From Octopus sinensis (taxonomy: Eukaryota), in the NCBI RefSeq assembly GCF_006345805.1, contig NC_043001.1:89838001-89902000 (forward strand): a DNA stretch of 64,000 nt, read 5' to 3'. The position numbers and the translations under genes were made by a program. Position 1 is the first letter of the stretch, and each line of letters opens with the position of its first letter. Shown one piece after another: positions 25,101-36,369 of this stretch. The notes beneath the pieces are model-generated. The model made no database searches. It had not been told where the DNA came from and saw only the letters and a list, made by a program, of their open reading frames with translations.

Positions 25101-28100
25101 AAGAAGGTCTTGTGACGGTAGTGTACATGGTTGTTTTGAGTGTACCTTCTTTCCCAAAGTGGATGAGCTCAAATTTTCCTTCATTCAGTTGCATATTGTT
25201 TTTTTGTGTCCACTGAGTTACTATGCATAGGTCCAATTGAAGCATCATTCGATCATGTGCTCCTTTAATGATTTTCTGAAGCTTAGAGTTATATGCAAAT
25301 ATTTTAATAGTGCTATGTTCAGTGGAATCTGCAATGTCATTGATATAGACAATAAAAAGAAGTGGACTCAACACAGTACCCTGCAGGACTCAGCTGATGA
25401 CTTTTGCTGGTCTTCAGTGGATGCCATCAACCACAACATGCTGGCTCCTGTTTGTTAGGAAATACTTAATCTACTGAAATAGCTTTCCACTGACTCCAGT
25501 GTTGGATAGTTTCCTTAACAGTAAATTGTGGTCAACTCTGTCAAAGGCCTTGCTGAAATCAAGGTATATGACATTGGTGTTGGAGCCCTCAGTGTATTTA
25601 AGATGTCATCAAAGTGGTGGAGGAGCTGTGTTAGACAGTACCTCCCACCACGAAAGTCATGCTGGTTGCAATTTAGAAGATGATTTTGCTCTAGGAAGGC
25701 TATTATTCTTGATTTCAGCACACTCTCAAATATTTTGATATGTGAGGTGAGTAAGATTGGATGGTAGTTTACTGAGAGCGATTTAATTCTCTTTTTTAAA
25801 GATATGAATGACTGACTGTGAGAGAAGGTTTTGAAGGATAAAACTGACATCTAGTGATTTCCTCCAGAGATTTGCAAGAGGAGCTGCAAGTTGCTGTCTG
25901 CATTCCTTCAGCACTCTGGTAGGAAACCTGTCCAGACCCACTGCTGAATCAGATTTGATTTCTTTTATTGCTACTAGGATGTCTGTCAGTAGCATTGAAG
26001 ATTATGTCAGAAGGACATGCTGAGGATTCAAAGAAGCAAAGCTGCTTGAATCAACTGAATCAGGGTCACTGAAAGCAGAGCAGTATTGACTTTGCAGGAC
26101 CTCAGCCATGTCTTTGGCATTACTGTGAAGGATGCCATTTCCATCAACCAGTGGGCTGATAGAGGAAACTGGTTCTATGTGTTTTTGCAAAAGGGTGAAA
26201 AAACCTTAGGATTATTCTTGGTGTTTTTAATAGCCCAGGCTTCTTCTGCGGCTCTTTGGTCATTTATGAGAATTCTCATACAGTCATACAGTTCCTTCTT
26301 TTATTCCAAGGTTGTTAATGTTCTTGATTGGGGCTGCTGCTGATGGTGGTATTTTACAGTATTGATGTTTTAGTTCTTTTTATTCTCCTGATGAACACTT
26401 TTCTCTGTTTTGGAATCCTGCATCTACTGTTATGAGTTATGAGGGTGTGTGTTTTGAGCATATGTGATCGACTGTCCTCAAACAGTAGCCATGTGTTTGT
26501 GTTGAAATATGCACCCACATAGTCTTCACATCACACTCCAACCTGTAATTTCCAAAATCCTACCACGTGTCAATCTCCCACTCCATCTTTGTCCCCTTAC
26601 CAATAAAAATGAACTTACCTTCTGTGATACTTCAGAAAACTCAAGATTTTGAATTAGTTAGAAAATCAAAGTGCACCTTAACAGTGTACTCAATCATTAA
26701 TTAATTTATTATTATTATTAATTCCAGATAGTTGTGATTTTGATGTGAGTTTCTACATAACATGCTAAGGTTATCTTTCATAAACATTAGTTTACAAATA
26801 TAAATAACATCCCTGATAAAATTATCATCAATATCATTATTTTAATGTCCAAATGCTGTCATGATTTGGAGTTCATTGAGGTAGATATTTTTTTACAGCT
26901 GGGTGCTCTTCCTGTCACTTTAACTGTTTCCAAGCAAGGTGTCATTTCAGACATGTTTTAATTGAAGGTGGCGAGCTGGCAGAAATGTTAGCAAAAACGT
27001 TAATGACACTACATGTATGGCAGTGACACTTACAACTACTGTATGATGTCAAGACAAAGAGGCACTAACACACCCAAGCATGATGGGCTTCTTTCAGTCT
27101 CTGTCTAACAAATCTACTCACAAGGCTTTGATCAACCTGGGTCTATTGTAGAAGACACCCAAGGTGTGCCACGCAGTGGGACTGAATTTGACACCAAATA
27201 GTTGTGAAGTAAACTTCTTAACCAACCAAATAACAATGTTTTCATATTGATTAATTAAACATACTCTGTAAATCATTCAATTCTTTTAATAAATAACAAC
27301 TAAGATACAATGTTTCAACACAAGTTTACATAAGAACTTTATACAAAAGTATCCAAGAAAGAAATTCTATGATTTGTTTAAGAAGATTCTCTTCTTTGTT
27401 ATTTATGTTACTAAATGCCACCTTTCCTTTTATTGCAGGTCCAAAATGTCTGTGACATTGTCAAGTGTTGCTGCACGGGAGTGGTTTCAAAAGAAACGAG
27501 AAACCATTAAACCATGGGGCGAGTTCCTGAACACTTCTAAATTTCGAATTCCTAAGAATCTTGCTGAGGTGCCCAAACACACAATGAAAAACATTGAAGA
27601 TTTCCAAAGCAATTACTTGTTCGTGTTTATTGGTTTAATCATCGTTTGTATGTAAGTGATTTTTTTTTTCCCTCCCTGCTCTCTCAGAATACTGGTACAA
27701 CATCAACTTTCTGGCACCTTTGCTTCCAAAACCATTCCATATGACTGATTTTTCTGAGTCATGGGTGCTCATACTCTAAATTAAACAAATATTAAATTTA
27801 CTTATGTACTTAAATGAAATATAAGTACTTGTACATTAGTATAAATGATATAAGTTTATCAATACTATATCATGCATCTACGAGAATTTGATTGGGGCAG
27901 CCACGAGAATTTGAAGTTCCTGCTTGTAAATTAGTGCTGGTTATAAGAGGTTCTGGACCATCAGTGCCTGAAAAATCAGTGAAGTACCTTTATTCATCAT
28001 CATCATCATCATTGTCATTTAATGTCTGTTGTCCATGCTGGCATTGGTTGGACAGTTTGACCAGGACTTGTAATCTGAGGGGCTGCACCAGCCTCCAGTA

Positions 28101-31100
28101 TGATATGGCATAGTTTCTATGGCTGGATGCCTTTCCTAATGCCAACCTCTCTGAGAGTGTAGTGGGTGCTTTTGCATTCCACTGGCACAATGCCAGTTGT
28201 GTGACATCAGTATCTGCCATGATTACAATCTCACTTGGCTTGATCGGTCTTTTTCTCAAGCACAGCATATTGCCAAAGGTCTTGGTCATTTGTCATTGAC
28301 TCTGTGAGGTTCAGTGCTTGAAAGGTGCTTTTTATGTGCCACCAGCCTGGTGCTAGTTATGTGATACTGGCATCAGCCACATTGCTTATGTGAGGCCCAA
28401 TACTCAAAAGGTGCTTTTTACATGCCATTGGCATGGGTGCCAGTTATGTGATAGAACAGCCACTACTATGTCACACTAGTCTTTGTCACAACTATGTCAC
28501 ACTAGACAACAGCCACACTAGTCTTTGCCTCCATGCGGCCCAACATTTGAAGATCATGCTTCATACCTTATCCCATTTCTTCCTGGGTTTACCTCCTCCA
28601 CAACTTCCCTCCACTGTTAGAGATCAGCACTTCTTCACATAGCTGTCCACATCCATAAGCATCACATGACCATACCTATGCAGTCGTCTCTCTTGCATAC
28701 ATCTCATGCCTCTTATGCCCAACTTTTCTCTCAGGACGCTTACACTCTGTTATACATGCACACTGGCATTGCATATCCAGTGAAGCATACTAGCTTCATT
28801 TCTTTCAAGCCTACGCATGTACTCGGCAGTCACAGACCATGTTTCATTGCCATATAGCATGGCTGTTCGCATACAGGCATCATACAATCTATCTTATTTC
28901 TTATGGTGTATATGAAAACTTTGTGAGCTGTATTTTACCAATGTAAAGTTCCAACTTGATGTTTAGTAGATGGTGTTTCACTTAAAGCCACATTGATAGG
29001 CATGGAATTATTCAACCTATAGACATGTCATCTCCTATCACTGTCTTTCCTATCATCAATTACAATGTCTTCTGCTCCTTAGATCTGGCTGATTTCATTC
29101 TACTTCCATCTAGTCTTATGTGATCCACTCGTCCCTTGCACCCATACTGTGTCTGTCTCCCTAGGCTGTGCTGACCAATATTCTGAATTTGTCTTATCCA
29201 GAACATCAGACTTCTGGAATTTCTGTCTTGCAGTGGTTCAACTGTATTGGATCTTAATGGTCTTGGAGGGCCTTTGAAGGCCATATGCTTAAACCTCTTT
29301 TACCAGATCAAACAAGCTATTAAAATAAACCAAAAAAAAAAAAAAGAGAGAATTTGAACCATTTTGGAGACAAAACTGGCTTATGCATCTACAGAAAAAT
29401 AACAGAATCAGTTTTAAGAGATACAAAATGAGTCACATCATCATCACCACCACCGTTGTTTTAATGTCCACTTTTCCATGCTTGAATAGCTCAGTCAGAA
29501 TTCATCAAGGCAGATTTTCTATGACTAGAAGTTCTTCCTGTTACTCTTACCTGTTTCCAAGCAAAATAGTATTTCCCCATGGTTGAACATGTTTTCATGG
29601 AAGCTTGGAAATGGGATGGCACTACTTTTGTGATGATTATGCGAGTTTTACAACTGTCACATGATGTCAAGACAAGGAGACTCAAATACATAAACATATG
29701 ACAGGCTTCTTTACAGTTTCCATCTACCAAATACACTGACAAAGCTTTAGTTAGCCTAAGGCTATATTGTAGAAGATACTTGCCCAAGGTGCTAAGCAGT
29801 GAGACAGAACCTAGAACCATCTGGTTTGGAAGAAAACTCCTTAAACACACAGCTATGTCTGCACTTATTTGTTGTTTAAAATTCTGTAATATAAAATACC
29901 TGAATGTCTATATAGAAACTAAATATAATCTTGAAGAGATTGTCTCTTTATTATTTCTAACACAAAAATGATAATTTAATAATTAACCTAGTTATCTTTA
30001 AAAGGTTTCTAATCTATCAGAATATGAATGCCACTACTTAGCACCAGTTTAGCAATTAATTGAAGGTTTAAGTTTTTCATGTTATTTCTATCTCATCAAA
30101 AAGTCTCCCATCTAAGTCCTAGAGTCATCAATTTGTTAAAAGATTAAAATAACTGATGTATTTTCTTTTGCTTCACCAGAAGTAGGAAGTTTATTAAACT
30201 TGACAGTGTTTATAATAATTGTTGTTGATGTAATTTCCTTTTGTTGTTGCTGTATATGGATTTCAGTTGAGTATTTTGCCAATAATTTTTATTTCCTTCA
30301 GCCTGACATCACCATTGCTGTTAATAGCACTAGCTGCCTGTCTTGGTGCCTGTTACATCATCAGTTTGAAAAACCAAGAGAAAAAACGTACAATCATGGG
30401 TATGTAACAAAATAATTATATCATTCTTTTTGTTAATATAATGGTTAACTGTACAGTGTAATGGGAGTCACGTGCCCAGGATACCACATAGTGGGACTGA
30501 ATCCAAAACCATGTGGCCTGGGGCACAAAGTACCACACAGTGGGACTGAAGTAGAAACTACATGGCTGTAAAGTGAACTCCTTAATCCAGACTGTCATAC
30601 CTGTGCCTATTTGTTAACTTTTATTATATTCATAGGTCAGAATTTTGTTTTATTTCCATTTTTCTACATCCTTTACTTAGCTTTTCTAATATCTATTCTT
30701 CACTATCTGTCCTTTTGACATTGAATGCAGACTGACTCATTAGTTTTGCAACCAATTTTTCAATTCTACCTTCCAAATCGACTCACAAGGCTTTTGTAGA
30801 CCTGGGGCTATAGTAGAAGGCACTTGCCCAAGCTGTCCTGCAGTGGGACTGAAAGAACTGTGCTTGAAAAACAAGAGCTGGTCACAGGAAAAGTATCCAA
30901 CCATAGAATACTGAGATGATATGGTTGAAAAGTAAGCTTGTTAACCACACTCCATGCCTGTACCTAAATAAGAAATTATGTCTTATATGAACTATGTGTC
31001 ATAAAGGGAAATTACATAATAATATATATAAATGATATATTTTGTTATTGATAACTTGTTTCTTTGTTTACAGGTCATGAACTGAGTTTAGGCCAACAGT

Positions 31101-32330
31101 ATGCTGGTGTTGGAGTTTTATCTTTCCCACTTTTTTGGGTAGCTGGAGCTGGTTCGGCTGTTTTCTGGGTTATTGGTGTGTATTATTTTTCTTTTCCATC
31201 TTACTATTTATTGCAGAAAAATGTTGCATAATAAATTGTAGTTTCTTTATTCTATAAGTATACAAATATTGTTGTGGTTTCAGCTTAAGAGAGTATGAAC
31301 ATTGTAATTCTATTTCCCAATTCTATAAATTTGTGACACTAAAATCAATATTTTAGCATTATCATCATCATTTTGTGTCCATTTTCCATGCTGACATGGG
31401 TAAGGCGGTTTGATTGGAACTGGTAAGCCAAAGAGCTGCACTAGGCTCCAGTCTGTTTTGGCTTGGTTTCTATGGCTAAATGCCCTTCCTAATGTCAGTC
31501 ACTCTACAGGATATACTGGGTGTCTTGTACATGTCACTGGCACGGTGCCTTTAACGTATCACCGGCACAGGTAATTTTTATGTGTCACCTTCACAAGTGC
31601 CTTTTAAATGTCACCCACACTGGCCTTGACTACAATTTTCTAAGTATGATGTATCTATTTGTTTATTGCACTTAATTTTGATCCATAATGATAGGCAAGT
31701 TTACTGCAGTATGCATCATGAGATAATATCTCATGTGGACATGCTGTGTTTTAAAACAGAAAAATATATTAAGAGCAGGTGAAAATCATACTGGCAGCTG
31801 CCAGAGAAAATGCTAGATGCATTTCTGCTTCATTGGGATTTGTCTGTAGCATGTACTTGCAACCAATTGCATACCAAGAAGAAATTTGTCACCACTGTTA
31901 TGGAAAATCATTGAATAAACATTCACTGATATTGCAAATAGCTGCCCAGCTGAATAAAAATTCATTATATGCAATAGAAGCAGTATTAGATTGAAATGGT
32001 CATACTTAATGTTAATATATTGTGATAGGCAAATTTGTGGCACTATTCACTCTGATATACCAGCTCATATAGACATGCTATATTTAAAAAACATTATATT
32101 GCTGGCAGACAAAAATAATCTTACCAGCATATTTAGTGTTTTGTGTATATGATAGAATCATATGGCAAGTGATTTGGATTAATAATCTAAGAATTTGTCT
32201 GAATTGAAAATTCTTCCCAATCTAAAGTTTTAGAGAAATTGCAGTTAATATATATATTATATTTTGTGAAATTTGATTTAGTATTTCTAAATTGAATTTT
32301 TTCCCTGTAAGTTTGGAATAATATTCCCTC

Positions 32331-32375
<45 letters not shown>

Positions 32376-33507
32376 ACATACATGCATGAGGCCTCAAGGC
32401 CTAATGGTTAGAATGTTGCACTCACAATCACAAGATTGTTGTTTTAATTCCTAGAATGGGTAGTGTGTTGTGCTGTTGAGCAGTACACTTCATCTCACAT
32501 TGCTGTGCAATCACTTCAACACCTGACATGTGGCACACTGCACCTGTTCAAGCAATATCAATTTGATGGAGGGAGTGAGCTTATGAAGAGTACATACATA
32601 TGATCACTAGAAACAAATCATTTGTACAGGTGGTTTGGCAAAAGCTGAACACTCATATGGCATCTTTGACAGGAGAGTCCATCATATACATATAGATACA
32701 CATACATATATACACATTGCTGTGTAGGCACAGATGTGGTGCTCAGGTAGCCAAAGACACATGTGGTGGGGCATTGTCTTGCTGGAACACTACCCCTTTC
32801 CTGTTGGCAGTCTCTGGCCTCAATTCTTTGATTTTTTTTTTGTGCAAATTAGCCAGCTGATGACAGTAGACATTAGAAGTAATGGTCTTGTGGGAGAAGC
32901 TGATAATAAATAATGCTTTTATGATCCCAACAAAGGCATTATGATCATAATGTCTTTATGATCAAGTTGAGAAATTTACTTCCCAACTACTTGATTTAGC
33001 TTCAGTCACACTGCATAACATCTTGGACAAATGCCTTCTATGATATCCTTGAACTGACCAAACCCTGCCGTTCAAGAATTTGGACCTGGAGATCCCCATT
33101 TCCAGTGACTTCGAGGGCCACCTCCCAGCAGTGTAGGCCGCCAACGAAGAGACCTCGACTACAACAAGACGACCAAAGTTTTTTTTTTTTCCAAGGTCTG
33201 GAGTCTCTCAACCCTAAGCCCTAGACCATCACCTAATCACCCTTACCTGTCTTGTTGCTTAACAATAATGACCAAACTCTTGTTAGTTGATTTGGTAGAT
33301 GGAAACTGAAAGAACTTGTTATACACACACACACACACACACACACATACACACACATAATGTTGCCACTGTCTTTCAAGCTGCCACTATATTTTCATAT
33401 ATTTGTTTATTTCAGGAGCTTCGTTCTTTGTGATTGGTTTGCATGCAATAATGTATAACCGAGCTGACGAACAAGAGAATTTTGACTTAGAAATGGAAAG
33501 TGTATGA
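10906..33507 (+). CDS. RABAC1: PRA1-family protein / prenylated Rab acceptor 1 (5 coding exons, 194 aa)
   Basis: Joined exons (80+213+98+102+92 = 585 nt) give an open frame MDEQHLLEG...REWFQKKRETIKPWGEF...NIEDFQSNYLFVFIGLIIVCILTSPLLLIALAACLGACYII...QQYAGVGVLSFPLFWVAGAGSAVFWVIGASFFVIGLHA...EMESV*, matching the PRA1/RABAC1 pattern (REW...RPW..F, N...QSNY, FWLAGAGSAVFW, C-terminal Val). Confidence 0.92.
12622..12871 (-). repeat. 3' LTR (250 bp)
   Basis: Direct repeat of 16433-16708; contains a perfect CRE TGACGTCA at 12857-12864. Confidence 0.9.
12885..15630 (-). pseudogene. LTR-element pol (protease remnant, RT, RNase H, integrase), frameshifted
   Basis: ORFs: 14891-15370 (KVRPVLDFRELN), 13644-14930 (VDLKSAYLQL, RLGFGLNSAP, SYINDIL, CDASS...HINVAELDAV, HHLG...CDRC) and 12885-13631 (LLMDNGAGF, GNRILERHHRTVK). 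Confidence 0.88.
15634..16397 (-). pseudogene. LTR-element gag with two CCHC zinc knuckles; one frameshift near 16255
   Basis: ORF 15634-16224 has CFRCRGSHMARDC and CYRCRQTGHIARDC. An upstream frame from ATG 16397 (MSAKIRIASDIIRPFNGES...) links to it with a 1-nt shift. Confidence 0.82.
16433..16708 (-). repeat. 5' LTR (276 bp)
   Basis: Matches 12622-12871 apart from scattered substitutions and two short indels; CRE at 16694-16701. Confidence 0.9.
17455..17900 (-). mobile_element. tRNA-derived SINE, family B (central TA/CA microsatellite)
   Basis: Reverse complement of the 61096-61490 copy (gtggtaagtagcttgct...ccacatggttcc...agccttgtgagtggatttg.tagacggaaactgaaagaagcc). Confidence 0.75.
19288..20666 (-). 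mobile_element. Tandem of three non-autonomous Helitron units (19288-19834, 19835-20301, 20302-20666)
   Basis: CTAG 3' ends at 19288 and 20302 with GC-rich hairpins; TC-start 5' ends at 20301 and 20666. PIF1-helicase motif remnants PVFS[N/H]G.[L/P]YVAL[S/T] in ORFs 19397-19663 and 19825-20121; 489-bp periodicity. The third unit is the reverse complement of 59909-60275. Confidence 0.78.
20975..22510 (-). mobile_element. RTE-clade LINE, RT and 3' region (degenerate)
   Basis: Minus frames give GVHQGSTLSPLLFIIVL (~21660-21690), MKPGKAPGPSRITAEMLK and LHWYGHVLQMDEESCVKKC...GRGRPRKTWDAVVKHDL, typical of RTE ORFs. Confidence 0.85.
24790..26400 (-). mobile_element. CR1-group LINE RT fragment (degenerate; different subfamily from 52909-55820)
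   Basis: Fragments NYHPILLTSHIKIFES, LNCNQHDFRGGRYCLTQLL, LSPLLFIVYINDI, RLHLEYCCPLWYPY; many stops and frameshifts. Confidence 0.82.
27439..27651 (+). CDS. RABAC1: PRA1-family gene exon 2
   Basis: Acceptor cctttccttttattgcAG, donor GTAAGT at 27652. Encodes SKMSVTLSSVAAREWFQKKRETIKPWGEFLNTSKF...FQSNYLFVFIGLIIVC. Confidence 0.93.
28005..28880 (-). mobile_element. Composite RTE 3' fragments in intron 2
   Basis: (CAT)n-led tail at ~28005 plus a segment at 28520-28880 colinear with 21020-21400. Confidence 0.65.
30302..30399 (+). CDS. RABAC1: PRA1-family gene exon 3
   Basis: Acceptor tttccttcAG, donor GTATGT at 30400. Encodes LTSPLLLIALAACLGACYIISLKNQEKKRTIM. Confidence 0.9.
31074..31175 (+). 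CDS. RABAC1: PRA1-family gene exon 4
   Basis: Acceptor ttctttgtttacAG, donor GTGTGT at 31176. Encodes GHELSLGQQYAGVGVLSFPLFWVAGAGSAVFWVI. Confidence 0.92.
33064..33268. mobile_element. Unclassified 205-bp insertion with 9-bp TSD inside a family-B SINE remnant
   Basis: TGACCAAAC at 33055-33063 and 33269-33277. Removing the insert restores the SINE-B sequence (...ctatgatatccttgaactgaccaaactcttgttagttgatttggtagatggaaactgaaagaac). Confidence 0.6.
33416..33507 (+). CDS. RABAC1: PRA1-family gene exon 5 (terminal coding exon)
   Basis: Acceptor tttgtttatttcAG. Encodes GASFFVIGLHAIMYNRADEQENFDLEMESV and ends in TGA. Confidence 0.9.
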
Positions 33508-34092
33508 GGAGGAAACAATTTCTTGCATGTAACTCACCACCAACAGTTTTCAGATTACAATGGATTCTCTTTTTTTCTGTTTCTCATTAAAATATTTAAC
33601 TGTGCAAATAATGGCTAGTACTTAGGTTTACCGATCAAGTGGCTGATAATGTTTAGGTTAATGGGATTCTGTGAAAAATTATAACAAAGCATTTCTTTGT
33701 AAGCATTCAATATATTTGTTTTGGAATGAGAATTAAACATTATTTTTATATATTTCTTGGGCTGTGACAATTTTTTACTTTGTCAGTATTGCAGAGTTTT
33801 AACTAAATATCATTATTTTCTCCATTAACTGCTTCTACTTAATGCCTGGTAATGGTATGGGTAATGCCTAGCTAAATAATATTTGCACATTTTGGTTATT
33901 ATTGCCCACCTGGTTCATCAAATATTTGAAATGTATAAAAATTCAATTGTGCATAATACTTGATATCCCATATATTTAATCATATAAAACCACTTATTTT
34001 ATGGAAGTCATTTCTTTTTAATGTGGTTTACAATTAATATAAACGATCTGATTTTTGAAAGAAGACTCAGTAAAACTATATAAACAAAGCAA

Positions 34093-34098
34093 AATAAA
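34093..34098 (+). terminator. Candidate polyadenylation signal AATAAA for the PRA1-family gene (3' UTR about 600 nt)
   Basis: First canonical AATAAA I found after the stop codon, just before repeat-like sequence begins. An ATTAAA variant lies near 33586. Confidence 0.45.
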
Positions 34099-35090
34099 AT
34101 TAATTGTATTTAATTTTCAATTCTCCTTTTGTTTCTAATTTTATATTCACTTTCATCATAAATAACATAACCAACACCTTCAGACAAGGGACACTCCAGC
34201 ACAGTTGTCTTATATCTCTTATTATAAAAGGCAGATTTTATCTCCCTCCCTTTGTCTCTTATAGAAATCTACAATATAGGATTTCTTCAATTACAATTTA
34301 CCTAGCATTTTTAAGAGTAGAATGCATTGGGTTGTGCCAGGTACAGTTTTTCAAATTTCACCCCCAATTAAGCAAAATTTTGAGAAAACTCACTTTGTGG
34401 TGTGTAAGTGAAGTGCTTTTCTTAGTGTGGGCTACAGCACACACACACACACACAAACGGAGCGAACTGCTTCACTCATGCTATCATCCTAATTTCTCCT
34501 CCTTTCTCTTTGCAAGTGTGCAACGATTAAAGTGAAAGTATTTATATAAAACGGATGAACTGCTTCACTCATACTTTCTCTTTGCAAGTGTACCTTAAAC
34601 CACTACTCAAAAAAAAAAACACAGCAAACAGAAACAAATAAATACATAACGATTTACTCTTCACACAATTTCTTCAATTAGAGTTTACCTATGATTTTTC
34701 AAAGTACTTCCATTCGGTCATGGCATACAAAATTTCTTTCAATTTCACCCCCATTTCAGAAAAAATTCGAGAAAACTAAATATTTTACCATTTCACTTCA
34801 AAGCCTTTACTCTGCATATTACTCCCACTTCCTCTTTACACACATAGACACGCAAATATATAAATAAAATTGTAAGCTAACGTGTGTGTGTGTGCGAGGG
34901 TGCGTACTGGTTTTCAGTTCATATTAATCAAATTAATATTCACAACAAGAAGGACTATTCATTATAATACATCAGTTCCACACATTTACCCTGGTTCCAT
35001 TTCGGACAACTGCACAAACATTTGCCATTTCACACATGTATGTAAACAAATTCATTTCTTAAAAATTTCAATTCATTTTCTTTATCAATT

Positions 35091-35445
35091 CATACAAAGT
35101 TTTTTAGGACGAATATAAGATCTAAAGTATATCCAAGTAGCAGAAACATCGCCCAAAAGTGTATATAGATATATAAATGTATTTATATATTCATCTATGC
35201 ACACATGTATGTATAACGTGTGTGTATATATTTCCATAGAGGTAACCATTCACTCCATACAAAGTTTTTTAGGACGAGAATAAGATCTAAAGTTATCTCT
35301 AAGAAACAGAAAGATCGCCCAAAAGTGTATATAGATATTTAAATGTATTTATATATTCATCTATATACACATGTATGTATAATGTGCGTGTATATATTTC
35401 CATAGAGGTAACCATTCAATCCATACAAAGTTTTTTAGGACGAAA
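35091..35445 (+). repeat. 165/166-bp tandem repeat, two full units plus the start of a third
   Basis: Unit starts catacaaagttttttaggacga at 35091, 35256 and 35422. Confidence 0.85.
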
Positions 35446-35446
35446 A

Positions 35447-36190
35447 TCTTTATATATAAAAGAAGGTTGTGTGTCTGTCTACTCCGATTTAGATTCCTAA
35501 CTACTCCCACATTTTGCAATGCAGTTTAACCAAAACCGGGTATCTTATAGTCGTGATTCATATCGAGCCCTTCTGGGTATTAGCGCGCGTCTACGATGAG
35601 TCTACGATTTTACAAATAATTTACCATAATTTTTTTCCATTTTAATGCATATTTTTTTAAATAAAGGGAAGTAACTCTCAAACTTCACACCAATATGCGT
35701 GCTCATATGCGACGTAATATCACATCAGCAGCATTTCCTCACACCCTCCTTGCACTTGGCGAAGGCAAAATACCAGGGGATGAAAATGGTAATATTGCCA
35801 TCGATTCCATTTGTACCATTGTTAAGACGCCTTCTGATCTCAGAGATGAGTGTTCCCAGATCTACAAGCTAATTATCAGAATATGGATTGGATTGGCAAA
35901 AAGGCTATACTGGCCCCGACGAATAAAACTGTTCACCATATTAATGATGAAATGCTAAAACTCATTCCTGGGGAAGTCTATGTATATCGCTCTATCGATA
36001 CAACTCCTGACCCAGAGGACGTCATCAACTATCCAATAGAGGTACTCAATTCCTTTGAGCACCCCGGACTACCACCACACTTTCTCAAACTTAAAGTTGG
36101 TGCCCCTATAATGCTCATCAGAAATTTGGTTCCCCCAAAACAATGCAATGGCACATGTTTGATCGTTAAGTCCTTATCTCCCACAGTAAA
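35447..36190 (+). mobile_element. Helitron 5' end fused to an internal PIF1-like helicase fragment; 3' end not seen
   Basis: A|TCTTTATATATAAA start. ORF 35850-36215 has KKAILAPTNKTVHHIN...YPIEVLNSFEHPGLPPHFLKLKVGAPIMLIRNL...CNGT, hallmark Helitron helicase sequence. Confidence 0.85.
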
Positions 36191-36369
36191 CTTATATCAA
36201 TATTTGCCTGAATAATTATCATAATTCAGTGCAATCATTAACAGTACTTTCAAGCAATTCAGCCCCGAGCAACACCGGCCAATTCTGCTAGTAACATCAT
36301 AAACTTTAAACAAAACTTGATTGGAGAAGGGGGGATCCTTCTCCAAATCATTGTCACCATCATCATTTA

